Origin: Pseudovirgaria hyperparasitica
Taxonomy: Eukaryota
Assembly: GCA_010093815.1 (NCBI GenBank)
Contig: ML996576.1
Reading direction: 5' to 3' (one strand)
DNA: 64,000 bases
Position numbers and translations under genes: made by a program
Notes under the pieces: generated by a model
Told to the model about the DNA's origin: nothing
Seen by the model: the letters and a program-made list of their open reading frames with translations, nothing else
Databases searched by the model: none
Shown here: positions 43,061-55,800 of the stretch, piece by piece
Numbering within the stretch: the stretch's first letter is position 1
How the letters are laid out: each line of letters starts with the position of its first letter

Positions 43061-43860
43061 CTAGATTCGCAGGTACATCCGAACGATATTGCCTACCACA
43101 ACATCACGGATTCCCTGGGCTAAGCGTGCAGCAGTATGTGTAGTCGAAAGCTGATGAAGTTCTGGTCCGGTTTCCTGAGGTCGCTTGCAGCTCTGGCAAT
43201 AGAAAGTTGCCTGACAGTACCCGCGCTGGTGAGAGGAAAGAGACGAGTGCTCGTGGTGTAGCCACGCTGTCGTGTACAATACACGCCCTCTCCTGAGGCG
43301 ATAAGGTTGGAGAAGATGTTGAGCATACTGTGCGCTAAGTATTCGAAGAGGATGATGACGTCCAAGGCGACTTAGATCCAGCGTGAGATGAGTGTCGTAG
43401 TCCACAATGTGGTAATAATAGCAGACGGGTCAACAGCAAACAGGAAGTCGGTCCTTTCTATTGCGTAGCTACTGATCAGATATGGCAAGTCTCCAAAGCT
43501 AGTATATGTGTTGCAGTACGAAGACGACTGGAAGGTGAGATGCGGGTAGCTTGTGGCTTCCAATGAGGAGCAGTATGCGGTGACAGCAGCGACTCTATCA
43601 AGAGAGGCATGTTTGCTCGGGATGATAGCTTACCTGATTGCGTTTGTAGCGAACTGAGAGACGTCTATATCCAGGAGTTGGATAAGAAGGAGCGTCAACA
43701 GGGCAATAATCAAGGGGAGGATCAAGAGCTCGAAATGATATGCATACACAGATGAACTGTGAGCAAGTGAGGATAACGGACGCTAGGAAAGCTGCTGAAG
43801 AGAAAGACCATCCCGTATCTGTCCAGAGGAGAACGAGGGCGTTCGACCCGGGAGTCGCGT
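43061..43860 (-). pseudogene. decayed gene relic of unknown family
   Basis: Adjacent same-frame ORFs 43372-43563 and 43120-43365 are separated by a single TAA; an intron-like GTAAGC donor and hydrophobic coding-like sequence lie upstream. Confidence 0.3.
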
Positions 43861-46800
43861 CCAAGTGACTCTTGATATAGTAGGTGAGGATTCACCCGAG
43901 TTCTGCACAGTCCACGAAGACTCGGATCCTAAATTTGGGTGTCAAAAAGTAGACACGCGAGATTACAGACGAGTACTGTGATATTTGACCAGGTTGCAAG
44001 TCGCATGAAAGAGACCGTCAGATATTTCCAGTGACCCGCGGTTAATGCCATATCAGAGTCCGATATGCCAGTATGTTCTTGGCTATGGGCAATCGACAAA
44101 AAGGAGGGTCAAGAGCCTGCTCAGAGTGGCTCACATGTCAGACATTGACACCACAATGTAGCTCCTCCTTTCAGAGGCCAGGATCGAGAAACGCGGTATG
44201 GTAAAGACCGTGTGGTGTATCCTCTTGGCTTGGCGACCTTCCCCGTCCAATTGTGTAACAGTTCTATTAGACTCGAGTGTGCTCCAAGCCTGTACTTGAC
44301 ACATAGATTCTGTTGAGTCGGGAGGCAATTAAATTGCTACACGCCGAGATTTTGTAGCTCACAGACACGCTGAGCTAGCTGTAGAAGCGTTGTATTGCTC
44401 GACGACAGAGGATGTGTGCTCACCTCAGGGGTCCAAGCTCTTTATTGCCTCCACGTTTTGCAGTACCCAGGTCACTGTATGCTGATCACCCTCACAGTCT
44501 GGGACTGCTCTGGAAACACGTACTACGGCAACCTTATCCGCAATTTTGAACATTAGGACACTGTCACAGCAGGTACTGCACCCTCATTGTCCCCGTTGAC
44601 GTTGATGTTCGTCTCATAGTCCCGGGGTGTTGTGACACCACTATTGCGCCGCAGATTCTGGAGAGCACACGGTTGAGGCAGTTCTGGTCCGGTGACAGAG
44701 TGTGATCCTGCTGCTTTGTGACTTGCGACACATAGTTCTTCTCCTTGTTGAGTTGTCTTTCTTCAATTGGTCTTGGTTTGGGGAGAAGTATTTATGTGCT
44801 GACAACCTGAGATATACAATAGCCAGTTGGTTGGGTGGATAATTTGTGACGAAAGGCATAGACAGAGCTAGGAGCCGGTTGGTATTTCGGATTGCCGCTT
44901 CCATATACCCTGGACTGTCGTGACTTCGAGGGAAGCAAACCTTTGCGATTTTAAGGAATGTTAGTCCCGTTTGTTGTCGTTGGTAAACGCTCAAATAGAG
45001 GACTGGAAATATTTCGTTGTTCCGGTGTGTTTATAATGTGTCTTCCGGATACTTATGTCTTCAAGGGATGCGGTTCTCTTGTCATCGATAGAGTCCAGAG
45101 AATTGCGGGGAGTCTCTTGAGATGATGATGTCTTAAACTGCTCGTCATTCAGATTATGGCGGCCCTTAAGAGATTCAAGCTTTCGTTATGGGAGTAGACA
45201 CGAGAAGGGAGCTAAGAATGGAAGATTATTTGCGGCTATTCGTCGATCATGTCTCTCAGAATATGGCGTTCTGCGTCGAGATTCAGGGACTGGGTCAATC
45301 GCTGGATTATCATCTGATGGGTCGATCAAAATGGTAAACAGTTTCATCTATGAAAGGCAAGCATGTCAATGCATGTCAGTCGATGTCTGGCGACTCATTT
45401 TATAAGGCGGGCGTAACTTACCTTCGGTGCTCGACCGTAAAAATTGCACTATGATCGCGATTACCATCTATATCTAAAGTGTTATGGTGTTGTAACACTT
45501 CCCTGGATAGTATACCACGAAGGTAGACGTGGATCTCGGCGACGGAGCTGGAAAGAGATATATCAGGCACTCGGTCTCGTTGAGACGTCCTCCGAAGTCC
45601 CCAAGACAATTTTGATCAATGATGAAGAAGTCGAAAAGTGTTAACAGCTCGCTACACACTACTCTGTATGTCAGACCGATCATGGCTGTGGTAATCAAAG
45701 TTAAACAAGCTCAACGATTATGTCGTCCTCATTCTCGCTTTACCATGCTTCTTGAAGGAATTCGAGTGCTGGCTAATGGTATGATGTATCAGTTATGCAA
45801 TGCGTCAAACGCGAGGAGTGATCTGCGTAAGGCAGATTCTGCAGTACCAGAGATTAGTCGTCGGATGAAAAACATAGCTGGGGATTTCCCTCCCGGACTG
45901 GTCGGTTTGGATATCTTCCCGAGGTTCTATGATTTGTCCTGGTGTTTTGATTGGCAAGTGTGCTAAGCGCGTCGGAGAAAATCCGCAGATAGTAGATCCT
46001 GCAGCGCGGTGACATCAGGCTATGATGCAGAGCAGTATGGGGTATCTTACTTACTAGAGAGGTTTCTTCTGGTACCTTTCATCGATATCGACTCCCTCAT
46101 CTGGTGTTCGGGTCTTCAAGGGTCGTAAACACATTGACCGAGTGTAGTGCCAGCCGTAAGCTGTCACCCCACGGCTTCCAAGTCAGATACAAGGAAGCTC
46201 ATCGACCTCGATGATGAGAAGCTTACTTTTGTCACATCATCGCGGTCTTATTTCTTTGTTGGTGTCCAAAAAGGCAAGGATGCCATTCGCGTCGTTAGAG
46301 GAATTCCACCTACCAAAGCTCGCGACGCCACGGTTTCTTTGATGAAGCAAAATAGTCGAGATAGCTTTCTATAGCTCGTTATCTTCCTATTCCGCTCTTC
46401 CATTGAAGCCCAGAGCTGTTATTCGAATAGTGAAATGCAAGTATTGGCTTTCTTGCTGAAAGGGAGTGTGCGAGTAACGAGCCTGCACAAAGCTTTCTCT
46501 TTGCACTCATCACTGTCAAAGGGGAAAAAGATGAAGGACTAGGAGGGTCTCTCGACCAAATGAATGTGGTGGGGGGTCCTTTTGTAAAACATGACTGGTT
46601 GAAGATTTGGTTGGAAGGAGTGTTGTGCTGTATGAATCTTGCGGGCGGTTGCAGTGGTTCTAGCGGCTATGCTGATGACCGCACCATTGTGACGATCTTT
46701 TGACATCCGCTATAACCACTTACCGTGGCCGTCACCATCGTACTGACACATTTTTTCAACGCAGATATCCTTATCAAAGAAGGCTTGTCAACGAATTTTT

Positions 46801-47052
46801 CCACGCCTTTTTATGGGACACTCACATAAAGAGAAAGACGATGAATGATACGAGCTCCACAGTACCAGGAAGAGAAGAAAAGGAGGAGATGTCTCAGACT
46901 TATTCACATGTACCACAGGCACAGTCCCGTCAGAACACGCAACTTTTGACCTTGCCTAAGCAAGAGCCAATCGAGCAGCCACCCATCCGGACGAGCTCCC
47001 AGCAGGCATCGCCCCTACTCTGCATCCAACCACTGACACATGGAATCCTAAC

Positions 47053-47339
47053 ATGTCCTCTGGCATACCCCCCGACCACTACTCTATCTCCTCACCCACC
47101 GTGCCCGTTCTCTCCAACACCAGCACCACAGAAACCACAGAGCACGAGGCCCGGAACCAGCTCGACACGCCATATAATTCAGACGTGCCGTGGGGTGGCT
47201 TCATTGTGCTGGAGGACATGGCAACGCAGCTCGAGGCAGGTGTGCCCCTGGACGATTTCATGCGCCCTGGGGTGGAGGAGGGCACGTGGTAAGTGTTTAG
47301 ACCGCTGGTCGAGCGCCTGCTAAGCTCTATAAAAGTAGA
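47053..47339 (+). CDS. small acidic orphan protein (78-79 aa)
   Basis: AACATG start, GC-rich codons in an otherwise degenerate region, and a canonical intron GTAAGT...GCTAAG...TAG (47289-47338) at the 3' end. Confidence 0.5.
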
Positions 47340-49991
47340 CACTAAGAATAGAGACACGCGTCAGGAGGAGGATAAAAGGGCCAGTGTTTTTCTTGCTCGT
47401 GAAAAGGGGAAAAGCGTAGATAGAGAGGGACAATATGATGAGGAGTTACGATAAGGCCGTGTTGCTGCGTATGTATTACTGGGGCAGTGGTGTGGTGTGC
47501 TCTTGCTATAAGTGATAAATGAAGCTGATAAGACAATATAACGCGGTTATAGGCTGATTGGACGACGTTGAGTAATAATAGGAAAGTCTTCAGTTGCGAT
47601 TGTGGTCCGATAGGCATCGTTCGGATTGAAGAAGACCTTCTGGTGAATATTATCTTTAATGGACGAAGCATACGATAATATGGGACGATTTATGCGAATT
47701 TTCAGTCCTCCTCTGTGACTTACCTCTACAAATGAAATCCCCTGATAACATATCCTGGGCATGGGCCGTCGTAAAAGTAATCCTTAGATACACGAGATTT
47801 AGAGCAGGCGATTTGAGCATGTTCAGCATGGCGCATAAGATACAGATAGCGGAACTCAATGCGTTTCATCCGGATGGAAGCATACTGCTACTAGGATGCA
47901 TATCCTAATTCGGATTCTAGCACTGTTGGATGATAGAACCTATGAAACGATTTCGAGCGAATATCATTAGGAGCATGTACCCAAGTCCAAGAAGTCATCC
48001 TATCCAGAGAAGCCGGGTCTCAGAGTCGAATACGTGGTCTATAAAATACAGACATGTGCGGAGGAATAGTCGGATCAGGCCATATGACCGGACATAACAG
48101 ACATCAGGCAAAGAAGAAGATCTGGGTACACCCAGAAACGAGCCTAGATCATGACTTCCAGACTCTGGAGTAATTCTCATCACTTCGTGTCTGTATATCC
48201 TTCAGAGAGAAGCACCGTTCAGCACCGAGCATCGATCTGCACAGAGGTAAATCGAACGATCGCGAGTGGGACCTTGGAGAACAATAAGGATGCGAGCAGA
48301 TATGCAGGCTGCAACAGTGGTGCTAGGATCATGGTATTAGGTGGATGTGTATAAAGGAGCAAACAATGACAAGTTATTAGTGTTGGGTGGTATGAGATGA
48401 GATGTCGTTGAAAGAAGACTCGTTTAGTGCGCCGAGCAGTAAGTCCTTGGCATCCAATGGACGGATCATCCATGGATACCTGCAGGCGTTGGCATCTTTG
48501 CGCGAGTCATGTCGCATATTTTATTTTACATCTACAATATCGCATGTCACGGATACCATCACAATGCAACTTCTTTTGGGAGCATACTGGTTCTATCTAG
48601 TATTTCCTTGTGGCGCTCTTGTATGGTTGGTATGCTTTCAACATGTCAAAATTCATAGTCAACTGTCACCATTCAGATCCAGTCTGTTTATGACGTCAAT
48701 GTCTCATATAGCAACAGGGGCCGGCATAACCTTTCATTTGCTAATCTCAATAACAAAAAATAGTGTACATACTATCACAAAATGGTCACTCAAGCCCTAG
48801 CCATCACAGCTTTAGTTACATTCATTCAGACCGTCGCTTCGACCCACCAGCTATCATCACGATGGCAAACTGATCAACGACCTAATCTCCAGTAGTCACT
48901 GTGTCACTCGTTTCATAGTAGTCTGTATGGTTTCAGAATACCAATTCGATGATGTGACCAAGTTCGGGCAGAGAATAAACACTGATAGTGGGTACGAGCA
49001 GCTAAACATCGTTATAGAGATATACACGCTGCACCTGTCGAGCGATACCAGAAAGATAATCATTAAACGGATCAATTGGTAGAGTTCATGGTAGGTATCT
49101 CAAACGGAGCTATTATCGCGATGAAGAACGTCCTGAGGTTTCAAGAAGAGGGTTCTGATAATCGGGTACGATGGGGTCTTCGGTACGACATCACAAATCA
49201 TCTACTCGTTCTGAATATAGCTCTGCATCATTACATGAGACTGTACACTGCTCAGGCTCGTCATATTCTTCATAGTGAGACAGCGCGGTAGACTCCAATG
49301 TGTCTGCAGGTGGACTGCTCTCATAGGAGATTAGGAGATTAGGAGAATAGCGGAGAAAGATACTAGTCAGATTTCGGAGTATACTTGCACCCAGGGTAGT
49401 ACCATCAGATTCTAGGAAAACTGCAAGAACAGGACCAAGTACTACAATGCTTTGCTTCCCATAGTCACAGATATCATGTGGCAAGTCCAGAGAAAGCTTT
49501 TCATATCTTCGAGAAAATTGTAGTACAGCACTTTCCGATCTGCTGCCGCGCACAGCAAGCATAATCAAAGTCTCCACGATCGAAGTCTTCAGAGAACATA
49601 AATGTAGGATTTACTTCCTCTCGTCCTTGAAAATATGGCCCGCTCCACCACTGTTCGAGGAAGACTCTCTACTGAATTTAGCGTTGCTGCTAAGAATTCA
49701 TATGGTATTGATCACATCAAGCTGAACTGATCAGTCAGGTCTTGCCGCACCTTCCAGACGCCCCCTTAGCCCCTAACATCCGTGTCCATCGTGCTCCGGC
49801 ACATGGTGGCGACTACATCTGACCCAGATGTGGGTACACATTTGCAGAGATCTTTGCAGAACGCTCAGTGACCGTCCCTGATTCTGGAAGTGAGCCCTTA
49901 GGCTACCACATGGATATATAGCGGCACTCTTTCTGGTCAGATGTTGGCACAGCGTCAAATTCTTCGATCGCTCTTGTTCCTCCATGTTTTA

Positions 49992-50496
49992 TCAGTCGCT
50001 TGACGCACAACCCCTACAGCCACAGCTGACGCATTCGATGGTTTGGTTCTCTTGAAGCTGGTCCTTTGGCACCCGACAGATACAGGTAGCAGAGAAGTTT
50101 GTCTCCTTTGTTTGAATGCACCGTAAACAGCAAAGCTTCGTAGCGTTAGCTCATGCGGATAAGAAGTAAATAGTCTCGGCATGCACATACCTTTTCATAA
50201 CCTTGCTTCTTCCATTTCGCGATCAAATTCGCATCTGCATACCCTTGCTTCAAAAGCCAATCGTAAAGCTGCTTGCTGATCGCCTCCTTCTCGTAGTACA
50301 AGTCGTAGATGTACCGGCTGCGTTGATGTGTGATTTGGAAAATGGGCCAGATCATCTCGTGCCTTTTCTTGCCCTCGTGGGACGCGTTCTCTGCATCCTT
50401 CATCTTGTTCGAGAACTCTAGAAGAGTGTCTTCGATGTCATCGAAACCATCGGGGGGAGGCTTCTTGTTGCGCCCGTGAGACCTAATAGGTGGCAT
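49992..50496 (-). CDS. BUD31: pre-mRNA splicing factor Bud31/Cwf14 (G10 family)
   Basis: [50 protein letters not shown], one intron, [10 protein letters not shown]...[13 protein letters not shown]. Confidence 0.95.
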
Positions 50497-50901
50497 GGCG
50501 AGGAGAGACTTCTGAAACAGTTGAAAGACAGGTTCGGAGAGTGGATACAACAGCTTGACTTGCTTCTCTTGGGGCTCGAAACAAATGTGTCTCTGGTAGC
50601 GGCTCGTAATGAAGACTACACCGAAGTTTGCGCGTTCTTGAATCTATCTGGGAGAGACAAGTATGCGCAATGTTTAGATAAGCTTCTGGTCGTTGGACTG
50701 GTGAAGCTCCAAGATATCCAGGTCTTGTGTCTTCGCTACATGCTTGGCTTGAGAATTATTCCAGTTGAAGGCGGCCAACAGGGCCATGATATTAGACCAG
50801 GCGTCATTGGCGGGTAGCGAGAGCCGAAGATGTGCCGCCGACTTCAACCTTATGTTAGTCTGGCGATATGATTGTACTGCAGACAAGCGCCTTAATCGAC
50901 C

Positions 50902-51573
50902 ATGACAATCAACGCTACATACCTTGCGCGGACTACACGGACGTGTAAGCTCATATACCATCACAGATTTCACGTTGGGCTTCTCTAAAGCACTAATGAG
51001 GTTATAGCTGCTGATTGGGCCGACGCAAGGAATCGAGTTATCCACTCATACCGACAATGGCTACGAGCTGTAGGTGTACTCCGACATTCTTCGTTTACGA
51101 TGTCCCTGGAGCTTGATTATATGTTGGGTCGCCTGGAAGAATGAGACCATGTGCTGATAAGCTCAGTGTCCCGAGATCCAAAGCATGTACAAGCTTAATT
51201 TGCCGATCGCGGCCCTCCGCACAAAGCTTCGTCAGGAGTTTGAAAGACACCGCTACGTAAACCAGCTGAAAACAGTCGATGTGCTTATCTTCCAGGCACA
51301 TGCAGAATTCCAGGTCGGTCTCCTAGCGAACGGTGAAATACAAGCGGGTCCTGACAAGGTACTTACAGGAAACGCTGAACTTCTGGAAACAAAAAACCAA
51401 TGTCATGAAATATTTTCAGGTGGAGGAGGACAACAAGAAGCAACCACATGACTTCATGGGCAGGTTCTTGGAGGTACGACTGCCTTTATTTGTGACCAGA
51501 AGGACAACACATGCGTGGGCTGTGTTCCTGTCGTCTACTCTTGCTAACAAGTCAATCACAGGGACGAAATTAA
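50902..51573 (+). CDS. NDUFA6: NADH:ubiquinone oxidoreductase 14.8 kDa subunit (NDUFA6, LYR family)
   Basis: Five exons: [14 protein letters not shown] / [20 protein letters not shown] / [10 protein letters not shown]...[15 protein letters not shown] / [16 protein letters not shown]...FLE / GRN. Confidence 0.92.
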
Positions 51574-51719
51574 AGTGAGGAGATACTTCGAAGTGTCTGT
51601 ACATATTCAAATGCCAGCGTACTGCTTTTCCTTGGCTATAAACTCCGTGTAAATGCTCATGACATGTCCGGTCCGAACGCCGGCTACAATGCAAAATTAC
51701 ATGTTCGCAATCAATCTGT

Positions 51720-52341
51720 TTACTTCTTCTTGAAGTCATCCCTGACTATCTCAAACTTCTCTTGGACTACGTCACACAGATCCATCAGGTCTACCAGACC
51801 TTTGTCTAGCACGTCGTATACACTTGCGTTGTCTATACCAAAAGTCAGTACTTATTCCCGTTTGTCCCAGCAAGGGATCAATATACCGTATGTTTGTATT
51901 CTGAGGTTCATTCGCGCCTCTGACGGGTGCGGAATCGTGTAGCCACAGAACTCGACAACAGGACTGTCCCAATCGCATTAGCGCATGATCTCTTCATAGT
52001 GACTTCCGCTCAATTTAGCCAGTGAAGCATCAGAGTGCGGGCATACTTCTTCATAATTATCCACCTCAGTGCATTCCCCAATGTGTGATCTTCTTTCGCA
52101 AACTCGAATGACGCCGCAGTTTCCGTGGAGCCGGGAAGCTGCAATTCTCTCCATCAGCGTATGCGCGGGCTACTGGGGATTGCGTCCTTTGTGCAAAATA
52201 GGCACGTACCACTCTGAGACGCATAGGTGCGGCTTCCTCTTCCTCTTCGTCCATCTCTGTCGCTGGTGGCTCCCCGGGCAAGGCATCTGCCATTGTGACA
52301 TCGGCGTCTCCCTCACGGGGATCAGTAGCAGCTGAAGGCAT
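51720..52341 (-). CDS. RPC19: RNA polymerase I/III shared subunit AC19 (RPAC2)
   Basis: [67 protein letters not shown] across several introns. Confidence 0.92.
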
Positions 52342-52749
52342 ACTAGTGGCTTAATACTTATGATCTGATGGTGTAGAAGGTGTCAGCCTATGTTATCTGT
52401 CGACCAGGAACTGTTCTGGCAAATTGTTCCGTGGAGTTTTTTGCGGGTCGCAAGTCCCGACAGCCCTATAGAATATCTGCTAGACTTCTTTAGGTTAGCG
52501 TACTAGTCGACGTCTGGACGATCACACCACGACACCACGTCTGTAGGAGCACGATCAGGGTGCCATCCCTCGAGCTGCATCTATATAGCATTTCTGGCGT
52601 CTGGGCGAAGCATTGGTTTCTGGATCATTTGATTGTTTTTGCGAAGTCAATCATCAGGAGCCAACTCTGATTTCTTGACATATGTAAAACCAACACCATC
52701 ACTCAGAGTGGAACGCCCCGTATGCTTATTTGGTACTTGCGAAGTGACA

Positions 52750-54148
52750 ATGTTGGCGGCACGAAGGCTATTGAGAATCAGCCAGAGGCGATATTTCTCT
52801 CAAAGTTTTATTCGGCAAGAAGTGCGCGACATCAGTGGTCTTCAAGATCGCATACATCCATCGTTTCAAGGTAAGATAGACATCAAACTCTAGCGCCGCT
52901 GCAACAAAGTGGTGCGAGCACGCAGTCTTAATTCCACGTGGTAAAATACTAAAACAGTCAGAAACTCGCAACAATGATTTACTTTGTTTGCAATGGCCGT
53001 CACCACCAAGGAACGTACTACTGATCAAGAAAAGAGGCGACATAGCTGTTGACGAATCGCTCATTGAGTTCGCAAAACACATCAAAGGATCCTATCCGGA
53101 TACAGAAATAGTGTTAGAGGCGTCGACAGCTGCGAAGTATCACGAGGAATTCCCATTTCCGGTCTACACGGAGACACCAAATGGCAATTCCGCCACAGCA
53201 CGATATCAGGACAAGATCGACTTTGTGTCTACGCTTGGGGGTGATGGCACCATTCTTCGTGCAGCGTCTCTGTTCGCCTCATCGCAAAGTGTTCCACCTG
53301 TCCTCTCTTTCGGTATGGGCACGTTAGGATTCCTTGGCGAGTGGAAGTTCGGCGAGTACAAGCGTGCGTTCCGAGAAGTTTTCATGTCAGGCGCTATTGA
53401 TGCGTACGGAACTCGTAATGGAGAAGCCGCTGAGCACGAAGCGCCTGTGACTGGGACTGGCTGGTCATCTGTGAGAGGCAAAAGCATGGGCAGTCATCGA
53501 GGATCGCGGGTCCTACTACGCAACAGGTTGAAAGTTGGCGTCTTTGACGCCTCGGGTGGCCGTATAGCCACGGAGCCAACATCAGCTGCGCTCCATGCAT
53601 CCGCTGATACGGACATATACGCCATGAACGAGGTGGCACTACATCGTGGCATTTCCCCGCATCTAGCGATTATTTCCATCTATGTTGGAGGCCGCTTACT
53701 TACCGAGGCTGTCGCCGACGGTCTGATAGTCTCTACGCCTACCGGATCCACTGCATACTCTCTTTCGAGTGGCGGTGCTATCGTACATCCGCTCGTCCCA
53801 TCGATCCTGTTGACGCCTATCTGCCCCCGGTCTCTGTCGTTTCGTCCGCTGGTTCTTCCTGCTAACACTCCTATTAGCCTCCGATTCGGCGAGAAGAATC
53901 GAGGACGCGAGCTCGAAGTAAGCGTGGATGGTGTTCGGATGCAACATGGTATCGAAATCGGATCTGAGATTAAAGTCATTGGAGAAGGTATCCTTATTGA
54001 AGGTGGTTGGGAGAAGAGAGAATGGCGTGGTGGCGTGCCATGTATCGTCAGAGGGGCAGTGGGAATGGAAAGAGATAGCGATGATCATTGGGTCGGTGGG
54101 TTGAACGCTCTCCTCAAATACAATCATCCGTTTGGAGGCATCAAATAG
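52750..54148 (+). CDS. POS5: mitochondrial NADH kinase Pos5
   Basis: Arg-rich presequence MLAARRLLRISQRRYFS; intron 52871-52961; NAD kinase motifs TLGGDGTIL, GTLGFL, MNEV, ADGLIVSTPTGSTAYSLSSGG, TPICPRSLSFRP. Confidence 0.92.
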
Positions 54149-55800
54149 TGGAGAGAAACTTTCGCCCTCGACAGAGCTACCAGAATGCAGTCAATCCGAT
54201 GAACATGATTCATAGAACTAGATTCCCACACCCATCAGATCCTACAGAAAGTCTGCTCACAGAATGGTAAGAATAGACCTGCAAACTCGCCGCTAATGAG
54301 TCGGTTATCTAACAGCTATGGATAGACAAGTTTGAGATTGTCATAAATATAGCTTGCATATGCAGAGCGAAGAAATATGAAGCCACACACGCGCACATAT
54401 AAATGTCTTTTGAGCGATCATGCGAGGTCGTGACGCGGGCCTATTACAGCTGGCCGCGTGCGTTCGAACAGTTGATATTGTTTCGCACTCTGGGATCGAT
54501 TATTGACTAAACATTGGGAACAATCATATGAGAACAGACCTCAATTGACTGATTGGCGCTGGCTAACTAGATATGACGATACCAATAAAACGTGGATGAG
54601 ATACGTTGTATTTCAGCCCGTAGCAAGCTTGTCTTTTAATCGCGATGTTGACCCCTGATGCGTTATCTACACATCATGTTTAGGAATCTCCACTCAACTG
54701 ATCGACGAATAACTCCTTGTCCAGCCAGGCGAAAATAAAATGAGAGATGAGTCTGAACAGTACATCTCACGACATCTCCTGGTGTGCATCCATAGTTGTA
54801 TCCCAACACTCTCCCGAATGATTAGAGAAACCACTTTCTTGGTGTTACTGGACCAGCCCAAGCGAGATCGAAGATATATCACCCCGGGACCAACAAATAC
54901 ACTCCGGATATCTCATTCTGCGAATAGATCATCCGAGCATCAAACTCAGTACGATATCGAACCCCCCAAAAACCAATGTTCCTGCACACACGCCTGGGTA
55001 AATTACCAGCTGGCTGACTGATAGCAGAATTCATTCAAAGCTCCAGCTTTCACTTCGTTCTCGCGCAACCTACAGATTAGCAGTCGTGATAACTATACAG
55101 AACCGCATACAGTTTGCATGAGGGCTCTAGCGGTGTGTTAGCTATATATCTTCGATCAATGCAAATGTCGGGGCTAGCAATGCCCTCGGCTCGGGCAGCA
55201 ATTATGGTACCATCTCGCCATGATCATTTCACAATGGATGCTCTAGATATAAAGCGATACTGTGGCATTCCAGTCTTGATCATGCTGGCCACAAGATTCT
55301 CTCCTAGCACTCACAAAGATTGCAAGCTCTCTGTCAGGGAGGCTGTGACCTCTTGGACGAATCATATCAAGATTCGTGTACCACACTTTGTACATCAGTA
55401 CAAAACTTTCCTTATCTCTCTACATTTCTCAGGGGCATTCTATGTGAGTCATAATAAACCTAGCAAGTGACAAATGCTTGGAAACAATGTGTTGCAAAAC
55501 AGAGCATCGCTTATGCCACTATTCGAATGCTGCGTCAGCAATACCCAATAAATTACATTTTGTCCTATTCTTCACAAGTTTCCAATCCGTTTCCTCGCCT
55601 TCTGCCAGCTTCCCTATGCATATTTTTTTGGTATCGAGTCGTACGTCAAGAGGACGCTCCCATTATAACAGTATTACGAAATACCCACAGTGAATCGCAA
55701 CGCTAGAATTCTGCAATGCTCTCGCCATTCAAATATATATATAACTTGAGATGGCTCGACATCATTCAAGATGTAGAGGTCAGATAGTCACTAGCAGAGG

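Noticed and set aside
52951..52961. Tandem acceptors ACAG-TCAG in the POS5 intron
   Set aside because: The first AG is very close to the branch point and out of frame; ordinary use of the second explains the gene.
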